From contig CAZEBC010000113.1 of the NCBI GenBank assembly GCA_964510165.1, forward strand, positions 1 to 13,204: a DNA stretch of 13,204 bases, written 5' to 3'. The first letter of the stretch is position 1, and every line of letters begins with the position of its first letter. Below the pieces are notes generated by a model. It made no database searches. It was given only the letters and a program-made list of their open reading frames with translations, and was not told the origin of the DNA. This DNA comes from an uncultured bacterium. Its GTDB lineage: Bacteria; Abyssobacteria; SURF-5. The position numbers and the translations under genes were made by a program. Below, piece after piece: positions 1-5,895 of this stretch.

Positions 1-73
1 CAACCCAAGATGCTACCTCATGGCCCCTTTTTTGCACAAGAAATCTTACATTACCGTCAAGGCTTTTCGGGTC

Positions 74-103
74 TTGACAAACCGGAGTTGCAGTTGGTAT
101 TAT
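74..103 (+). promoter_or_regulatory. sigma70-type promoter for tRNA-fMet
   Basis: TTGACA (74-79), 18-bp spacer, extended -10 TGg-TATTAT (95-103), ending 5 nt upstream of the tRNA. Confidence 0.75.
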
Positions 104-108
104 AGGTT

Positions 109-185
<77 letters not shown>

Positions 186-212
186 AAAAGAATAGCTCTC
201 CTTATAGAATAG

Positions 213-291
213 CTCCTCTTCAACGACAAGGCGCCTGCCGAAGGGGAAGCTTCGGACCCAAGACGATTGCACGCCGCAAGAGGGGTTTTTT
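213..291 (+). terminator. structured tRNA trailer / probable intrinsic terminator between the convergent tRNA and iolN-like gene
   Basis: CTCCTCTT (213-220) pairs with AAGAGGGG (278-285), followed by T6 (286-291). Inner hairpin CCGAAG (238-243)/CTTCGG (250-255). Confidence 0.5.
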
Positions 292-363
292 GCGTCCTCG
301 ATATCGCGTGACGCTCGGGGCAATGCGCCCGGCCCTTGTCAGGATAAAACGTTCTTTCTCCAG

Positions 364-1341
364 TCAATACGCCGGCCAGGCGATGCAGTAGATGTGTTTG
401 CCCCCCTTCTTCAATGGACCTTTCAAATAAGCCTTGAGTTCTTCATCCGTGAAACGCTGGGTGACCTCTTCGACGGGCGGCAGCTTTCCGGCAGGCCATT
501 TCTTCATAATGTCGCCGACCAGTTTCTCCATGTAGTCCAGAAGCGCCTCGACGCCGGGAATCGCCTTCTTGCCTTCAGCCAGAGTCGCCTTGCCGACGCA
601 CCCCTCGGGTGTTGCGGACAGTTCGATCGGCCCCAGCCCGGCTTGCGCGTACCAGGGAATCGGCAATTGGTAGACGTTGCCGGCCTTGTCCTGGTGTCCC
701 GGTGGCAGGTATCCCCTCGGCTTGGTGTCCACGGCGTCCTCCATCCGAATCATCTCCGGAAAGAGCGCCAGTGAAAAACTGGTTTCGACCTCGTCGGCGT
801 GGATGAACGGTGTCTCAAAAGGCCCGCCGTGCTCCTTGTCTCTGACCCATTGCGGAATTGCGTAGTACCAATTCAGGTTGACGAACACGCCGGGCACCTG
901 GAACCGCTTGGTGAAGCGATGGATCGCGGTCGGGATCACGTACTCCTGACCGTGGCCATTGAGAAGAATCTGCTTGCGAAAGCCGGCGTTCCAGAACCCG
1001 GCCATGACCTGGGAGATGGTGGCAGTAAAAGTCTCCTCGTCAATCGGGATCGTGCCGGGCATGCCGATGTGGTGGTATGGATGCGAGCCGTACCAGACGG
1101 GTTGCGCGACGGTGCAGCCGACTCTCATCGCCACGGCTTCCGCCATGCGCGTGACGAGGAAGGTGTCTTCTCCATAGCAGGCGTGCGGGCCATGGGCTTC
1201 GGTCGAACCAATGGGGATTATGATCAGGTCGCTTTTCTTGAGCCTCTCCTGCACCTCTTTCATAGTCATATTCTGAAAATAGATGCCGTCGGCCAGGTCC
1301 AGGTGGCCGCCCGCTGGGGGAAGCTTCCATTTCTTCGACAT
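364..1341 (-). CDS. iolN: creatininase-family amidohydrolase, 3-dehydro-scyllo-inosose hydrolase (IolN)-like, 325 aa
   Basis: Creatininase motifs PIGSTEAHG..GED, LNGHG, HADEVETS, PEGCVG. Closely resembles my recollection of Thermotoga IolN (GIYFQ.MTMK...RLK..DLIIIP, HPYHHIGMPGT, GFWN.GFRKQILLNGHGQE, ETPFIHADEVETS). Start moved to ATG 1341 because of AGGAG RBS at 1353-1349. Confidence 0.88.
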   Translation of the reverse strand: MSKKWKLPPAGGHLDLADGIYFQNMTMKEVQERLKKSDLIIIPIGSTEAHGPHACYGEDTFLVTRMAEAVAMRVGCTVAQPVWYGSHPYHHIGMPGTIPIDEETFTATISQVMAGFWNAGFRKQILLNGHGQEYVIPTAIHRFTKRFQVPGVFVNLNWYYAIPQWVRDKEHGGPFETPFIHADEVETSFSLALFPEMIRMEDAVDTKPRGYLPPGHQDKAGNVYQLPIPWYAQAGLGPIELSATPEGCVGKATLAEGKKAIPGVEALLDYMEKLVGDIMKKWPAGKLPPVEEVTQRFTDEELKAYLKGPLKKGGKHIYCIAWPAY

Positions 1342-1407
1342 GGCGATTCTCCTTTCGAGCATTGTTGCTTCACATGCCCACTGCGGCGCTGCGAAGTCGG
1401 ATGCCAC

Positions 1408-1437
1408 ACTATACAATCATGTTCCTCACACCGTCAA
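1408..1437 (-). promoter_or_regulatory. sigma70-type promoter for the iolN-like gene
   Basis: Minus strand TTGACG (1437-1432), 18-bp spacer, TATAGT (1413-1408). Confidence 0.6.
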
Positions 1438-1572
1438 GAGGCGAACGGCGGGAGTTGACCATTTGCCTCTGCCATTTCCCTTGCGGAGTGCGCGTCCTAT
1501 ATAATCATCTTTGCACGAATCACCCGCAGTGTTCGCAACAAAGGCATTCTTCATTGACGAGGAGGCGTCACG

Positions 1573-2631
1573 ATGACCGATAGACTGAGAGTGGGAGTGA
1601 TCGGCTGCGGCGAGATATCGGGGCTTACTACATGGGGCTTTCGCACAGACGAACGTTGCACGATCCATGCGGTTGCCGACCCGAACGCCGAGCGGGTCCA
1701 ACAGCGAGCCGCCGAATGGAAAGCGGAGAAGGTCTACAGCGACTACAGGAAGCTATTGGATGATAAGGCCGTAGACATAGTGATGATAATAACGCCGCAT
1801 GACCTGCACAAGCAAATGGTTGTTGACGCGCTCGAAGCGGGCAAGCACGTCTCCGTCCAGAAACCCATGGCCCGCACCGCTGAGGAATGTGCCGCGATGA
1901 TACAGGCGGCCAAGCGTGCAAAGCGCAAGTTCCAAGTGTTCGAGTGTTATCCTTTCTATCCGCCGGTTGCAAGAGCGAAGGAGTTGATTGATGCGGGCGA
2001 AATCGGCGATGTCTCGATGATCCGATTGCGCACAACGAGCGGTTCGCTTCAGTGCGGCTGGGAGCTGACCTCGACCTCATGGGAATGGAAATTCAACCAG
2101 GAACGAGTCGGCGGCGGCACGATGTTCGATGACATGCACCACAAATACGCGCTCGCGATATTCTTTGGCGGGCCGATAGAGAAAGTGTCGGCATTCATCG
2201 AAAACCCCGGAATGTTTCTCGACACTCCGGCGACCGTCATGTGGAGACACAAAGAAGGCCAGCGCTACGGCATCCTCGACGCGACCTATGCGCCGGAACT
2301 CATAATCGACACAAAATATTATCCGGTCGAAGAGCGGGTGGAGATCACGGGTTCCAAAGGCATAATCTGGGTCACCCGACTGACCGGGGGATTGATGAAG
2401 ATCGCTCCACTGATCATGTACCGCGACGGCAAAACACACTGCTACAACGATATCCCCGCAGAGTGGGAAGACGGATTCATACGGTGCGCGCACCACTTCA
2501 TTGATTGCATTCTTGACGACAAGCCGCCTTATCTCAGCGCCGAGGAGGGAATGCGCGTTGTGCAATTTGGGAGAGCCGTGTATAAGTCTGCCGAAGGGGG
2601 CACGCCGATATCACCCGATTCTATCACCTAA
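1573..2631 (+). CDS. Gfo/Idh/MocA-family NAD(P)-dependent oxidoreductase, 352 aa
   Basis: Rossmann motif LRVGVIGCGEI, TPHDLH, AGKHVSVQKPM (EKP variant), GGG..FDDMHH. GGAGG RBS at 1561-1565. Confidence 0.93.
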   Translation: MTDRLRVGVIGCGEISGLTTWGFRTDERCTIHAVADPNAERVQQRAAEWKAEKVYSDYRKLLDDKAVDIVMIITPHDLHKQMVVDALEAGKHVSVQKPMARTAEECAAMIQAAKRAKRKFQVFECYPFYPPVARAKELIDAGEIGDVSMIRLRTTSGSLQCGWELTSTSWEWKFNQERVGGGTMFDDMHHKYALAIFFGGPIEKVSAFIENPGMFLDTPATVMWRHKEGQRYGILDATYAPELIIDTKYYPVEERVEITGSKGIIWVTRLTGGLMKIAPLIMYRDGKTHCYNDIPAEWEDGFIRCAHHFIDCILDDKPPYLSAEEGMRVVQFGRAVYKSAEGGTPISPDSIT

Positions 2632-2650
2632 TTATCCTCGCGCCCTGTGG

Positions 2651-3352
2651 TCACCACAAGATTCGCGGCGCCTGATACCTGCGGCGCAGGGCCGCGTTGT
2701 GCTCGGAGGAGCCGTCGAGGTTGGCGCTCTTGAAGACGGGCGGCTCAACATTGTTCTTCACCAGCCACTCGACCGCAGCTATCATAACTTCGTTCATGAG
2801 GTAGGCTCCGGTGATGGTGGACGTTGGTCCGACCGGGATGTTAAGACCCTGCACCGTAACGCAGGCGTCGCCCGGGTCGCCCATATTGTCGAGGACAACA
2901 TCGGCAAGCTCGAACAGCCGTTTTCCACTAGAATGCCGCGAGGAAACCGACCGGGAATGCGCGAGCGAAGTGATCGCTACCACCTTCAGCCCCTTTTCAC
3001 GCGCCGCCATCGCAACCTCGATCGGGAGCGCATTGCGGCCCGAATTGGAGATGACGATCATGCAATCGCGCTCGCTCAGCCTGACCGGCGCCAGAAGCGC
3101 CCGCCCATAGCCCTCGACCTTTTCGGCCAGCCCCCTGAGCGGGTCAATAATCGCGCTCACGGGCGCAAGCCCCCCGGCACGCCCGTGCGCCTCGTATGCG
3201 ATTGCCGCCGAATGACCGCTTCCGAAAGTGTGCGTCAATCCGCCTTGTGCTATCGTTTCGCCCACGATGGCGCCGGCCTCACCAATGGCCCCAGCCTGCG
3301 TGGCGCTGATGCGCGAGAGGAGTTCAGTGATCTTGTCGTAATAGAGGGTCAT
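2651..3352 (-). CDS. SIS-domain sugar isomerase-like protein (UPF0309-type), 233 aa
   Basis: FGSGHS, VISNSGRN..PIEVA, VVAITS, SRHSSGKRL..LADVVLDN..GDA, GPTST, PPVFKSANLDG motifs. GGAG RBS upstream. Confidence 0.9.
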   Translation of the reverse strand: MTLYYDKITELLSRISATQAGAIGEAGAIVGETIAQGGLTHTFGSGHSAAIAYEAHGRAGGLAPVSAIIDPLRGLAEKVEGYGRALLAPVRLSERDCMIVISNSGRNALPIEVAMAAREKGLKVVAITSLAHSRSVSSRHSSGKRLFELADVVLDNMGDPGDACVTVQGLNIPVGPTSTITGAYLMNEVMIAAVEWLVKNNVEPPVFKSANLDGSSEHNAALRRRYQAPRILW

Positions 3353-3367
3353 TCCGAGTTCTCCGAC

Positions 3368-3402
3368 GTTCAGAGTTCAGGGTTTAGCGTTCAGGGTTTT
3401 CT
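3368..3402. repeat. degenerate heptamer tandem repeat (GTTCAGG-like x5)
   Basis: GTTCAGA GTTCAGG GTTTAGC GTTCAGG GTTTTCT, spanning the stop codon of the BadF-family gene. Confidence 0.6.
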
Positions 3403-4340
3403 CCCCCTCGGGCCAGGTTGGAGATAACTTTCTGGTTCAGCGCCACTCCCATCGAACCCAGTCCGATGATGAGCGCCCCTGTTACCGGCTGGAGCGCGGG
3501 AACGAAAGCGTTTGCGCGCGGGCGGATCGCTTTCAGTTCGGAGACAAGCGCATCGGTCACTCTGCCCGCTCTGCGAAGGACTCCCCCGGATAATACTATC
3601 GGAAATCTCTCATCGGCGCCAAACAACCCTTCCAAAACGGGCGTCGCGAGCAGGCGAAGTCGCCGCGCACAATCATCGAGTATCTCTCCGGCGACTGCGT
3701 CCCCCGCTTCCGCCGCCTCGAAGACAAGCGGCGCCAGCCCCGCAACGACATGCCGCTTTATGGGCGGCCTGTAAAGCCGTTTCTTGAGGTCGGCGAAGCT
3801 GTACAGTTCGAGGCGCGCCAGTATCATATCTCCGAGGCGGGTTACGGGGCCTCGGCTTTCATGGGCTCTCACAGCCGCCGCAATGGCTTCCCTCGCGATG
3901 TCATAGCCGCTTCCTTCATCCCCGACAAGGGGACCCCAGCCTCCCACATGCTTTTCCTCGCCCCGCGAGTTGCGCCCCTTGCAGAACGAGCCGGTACCCG
4001 ACAGCATCACCACACCCCAGCCGTTCGTCTTGTGCAATCCGGCTGCCAGAACCGTCTCGAACTCATCCGTCGGGATGACTCTCCGCGCGCGACCCGAAAC
4101 CATGTCCAAAGCGGCCCGGGGCAGATGCGGGCCGGAGACCACCGCAACTTCCACTTTGGGCCGAAACGATCTCAGGGCTCCCGAGACGGCCGTCTCGATT
4201 GACTTCAGCGCAACCCTCTGAGGAACGAAATTCCTGTTTGCGGGACCACCCAGACCCGTGGAGAGAATGCGACCGTTCTCGTCACCGAGCAGGCAGCGTG
4301 TGCGGGTTCCCCCCGAATCGATTCCAAGCACGTAGCGCAT
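3384..4340 (-). CDS. BadF/BadG/BcrA/BcrD-family ATPase, N-acetylglucosamine kinase-like sugar kinase, 318 aa
   Basis: ASKHA motifs LGIDSGGTRT, LSGTGS, VGGWGPLVGDEGSGYDIA, A..GD.VA..IL, VLSGGVL. Confidence 0.9.
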   Translation of the reverse strand: MRYVLGIDSGGTRTRCLLGDENGRILSTGLGGPANRNFVPQRVALKSIETAVSGALRSFRPKVEVAVVSGPHLPRAALDMVSGRARRVIPTDEFETVLAAGLHKTNGWGVVMLSGTGSFCKGRNSRGEEKHVGGWGPLVGDEGSGYDIAREAIAAAVRAHESRGPVTRLGDMILARLELYSFADLKKRLYRPPIKRHVVAGLAPLVFEAAEAGDAVAGEILDDCARRLRLLATPVLEGLFGADERFPIVLSGGVLRRAGRVTDALVSELKAIRPRANAFVPALQPVTGALIIGLGSMGVALNQKVISNLARGGENPER

Positions 4341-4442
4341 AACCGATCGCCGATATCATGGAGCCGAAACGCAATATTATAAGTCTAATGTTATCAATCT
4401 ATTAAATGATACCAAGCTTAAGACATAATCGAACTCGCCTGT

Positions 4443-4471
4443 TTGACAAAAGCCCCATGCGATGGTATAAT
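4443..4471 (+). promoter_or_regulatory. perfect-consensus sigma70 promoter with extended -10
   Basis: TTGACA (4443-4448), 17-bp spacer, TG at 4463-4464, TATAAT (4466-4471). Confidence 0.85.
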
Positions 4472-4530
4472 TACAATGGTTTATTAGGCGTAACAACTGG
4501 CACGGCGCGGCTTACTGACGGAGTGATACC

Positions 4531-5142
4531 GTGGGTGTAAGGCTTGAAATGACACATCTGCTTGTGCCCCCGACAAGGCTTGAATCTACAGAGCCTGGCA
4601 CAGCGCCTTTTCAAGCGTCCGACGGAGCCCCTTCACAGAAAGAAGCGCCAGTCCAACGCACCCATTCTGACGAACCCCCCCAGGCTGCTCCTGAGAGTAA
4701 AGACAATACCGCATCTCCCAGCCGGGTTGCCGACGCGACGAGCCGCTCGGCCGACCGACCCGTCGAGGCCCGCTCTTCCCTCGATGCGCATGAAGCTCCG
4801 CTCGAGGGGCCGGGAGATTTCCGCTATCTCGTTGCCGCTCAGTCGGCCCAAGAGCGCGACCTCGAAACCCGCTACGACCAACTGAAGAACCGGCTTGAAA
4901 GCGCCAGCCGCCGTTTGGAATTCGCCGACTCAGCCATGACGCGAATCGACGCGCGCCTGGAGCGCGTGCGCCTGCAATATGACCTTGATATGGTCGCGAG
5001 CCAGATCAGAAGGCTTCGCCTCGAACGCGCATTTCAGGAAGCGTTTGGCGGCGCTGGCCGGCCCGAAACCGCTCAGCCCGGGGCGGACCCGGCGCAGTCA
5101 CGCGCCTCCGACAGTTCGGCCATCCTTAATTTGTTGGCTTGA
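4531..5142 (+). CDS. hypothetical protein, 203 aa, with a disordered P/A/S-rich N-half and a predicted coiled-coil C-half
   Basis: GTG start with GGAG RBS (4520-4523) downstream of a consensus promoter. Longest ORF in the gap. No family recognised. Confidence 0.6.
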   Translation: MGVRLEMTHLLVPPTRLESTEPGTAPFQASDGAPSQKEAPVQRTHSDEPPQAAPESKDNTASPSRVADATSRSADRPVEARSSLDAHEAPLEGPGDFRYLVAAQSAQERDLETRYDQLKNRLESASRRLEFADSAMTRIDARLERVRLQYDLDMVASQIRRLRLERAFQEAFGGAGRPETAQPGADPAQSRASDSSAILNLLA

Positions 5143-5169
5143 GCGTCTTGAACTGACCCGATGTGATGT

Positions 5170-5199
5170 AGTGTATCGTGGAATGCGGCTTATTGTCAA
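5170..5199 (-). promoter_or_regulatory. candidate sigma70 promoter firing antisense to the orphan ORF
   Basis: Minus strand TTGACA (5199-5194), 18-bp spacer, TACACT (5175-5170). Confidence 0.45.
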
Positions 5200-5209
5200 T
5201 CGGATGGCT

Positions 5210-5320
5210 AAAAAGACAAAGGGGAACCTGCCCCGTGAAATCTTCTGAAGTCCCGTTTATCTCGTCGCAGTGGACGGTCGGCTCATTGCCGGATATAATA
5301 AACGGGGCAGGTTCTCCCTT
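5210..5320 (-). terminator. long inverted repeat plus U-tract, probable 3' domain and terminator of the sigma54 transcript
   Basis: Perfect 13-bp IR GAACCTGCCCCGT (5224-5236)/ACGGGGCAGGTTC (5302-5314), extendable by AAGGG/CCCTT. On the minus strand it is followed by TTTGTCTTTTT (5220-5210). Confidence 0.6.
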
Positions 5321-5504
5321 CGCCTTAGGAGGGGATTAGGAACTTAATAAGTCCGGAGCAGGTGGGAACCCATGTCCCATTTCATCAATTGCCCTCTCAA
5401 AACGCTTGTCTCCCAGCAAGTGTTTTAAATGGGTCTCCACCTGCTCATAATAATTAGTACCTAACGCTCCCCTCATCAATCTGGTCGTGGCCAATCCTCT
5501 TGCT
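5210..5504 (-). ncRNA. candidate sigma54-dependent structured small RNA (about 290 nt), family unknown
   Basis: Bounded by a sigma54 promoter (predicted +1 near 5504) and a stem plus U-tract. Nested stems 5329-5340/5460-5474, 5356-5373/5429-5446 and 5399-5408/5417-5426. No convincing RBS-led ORF. Confidence 0.6.
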
Positions 5505-5514
5505 ATTATGGTAG

Positions 5515-5531
5515 AGCAAGCCATGTGCCAA
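5515..5531 (-). promoter_or_regulatory. sigma54 (RpoN) -24/-12 promoter
   Basis: Minus strand TTGGCACATGGCTTGCT matches TGGCAC-N5-TTGCW with exact GG-N10-GC spacing, about 365 bp downstream of an NtrC-family gene in the same orientation. Confidence 0.85.
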
Positions 5532-5651
5532 CATCCCGAAGACCATCCCTGATATGCACGTAAGTCTTGTCCAATCAAATGGATAGCCAGCAACAATCCA
5601 TGCGTCATTTCGGCGATATCATGGAAATCTGGTGCGAATCCCGGTCAATGC

Positions 5652-5749
5652 CGTAACGATATATTACGTGCGATTCCCGGGTATTACGATGCAATATGCT
5701 GATAATATTTGATTTAGAGATTTTTTGAGGGCTGTAACGGAACAATACG
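5652..5749. promoter_or_regulatory. candidate enhancer (UAS) sites for a sigma54 activator plus an IHF-like site
   Basis: Palindrome CGTAA-N7-TTACG (5652-5668) and related TGTAACGGAACAATACG (5733-5749). Minus-strand TATCAGCATATTG (5704-5692) fits WATCARNNNNTTR. Confidence 0.45.
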
Positions 5750-5793
5750 GGCGAGCCATCATGCGGAGAGAGACGCGCCACATTCATGTTGAA

Positions 5794-5824
5794 CCTCTCC
5801 CTCTGGGAGAGGACACGGTGAGGG
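5794..5824. repeat. REP-like palindromic element (CCTCTCCC-TCT-GGGAGAGG...GGTGAGGG type)
   Basis: 8-bp perfect stem 5794-5801/5805-5812 followed by GGTGAGGG. Resembles the widespread CCCTCACCC..CCCTCTCCC...GGGAGAGGG extragenic palindrome. Confidence 0.5.
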
Positions 5825-5895
5825 ATTGTATCTCGGCGGCGCTGCGCTGGGTCTCGGCGCTTCGGCCTCTGCGCCCCGCACCAGAACGGTCTTGG

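Noticed and set aside
1481-1505. Promoter for the Gfo/Idh/MocA gene (TATAAT at 1500-1505)
   Set aside because: Good -10 but no correctly spaced -35 or TG extension, so too weak to call
4498-4513. TGGCACGGCGCGGCTT as a sigma54 promoter for the orphan ORF
   Set aside because: GG to GC spacing is 9 rather than 10 and there is no TTGC; a perfect sigma70 promoter lies just upstream
5329-5474. 6S RNA or CsrB/RsmZ assignment for the long hairpin
   Set aside because: A rod with an AU-rich internal loop is 6S-like, but I see no recognisable 6S sequence motifs and the promoter is sigma54. Most GGA motifs are in stems rather than repeated loops. Left unassigned pending an Rfam search
5336-5608. 90-aa minus-strand ORF (MTHGLLLAIH...)
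   Set aside because: It contains the sigma54 promoter internally, lacks an RBS and any recognisable motif, and its 3' half is explained by RNA stems
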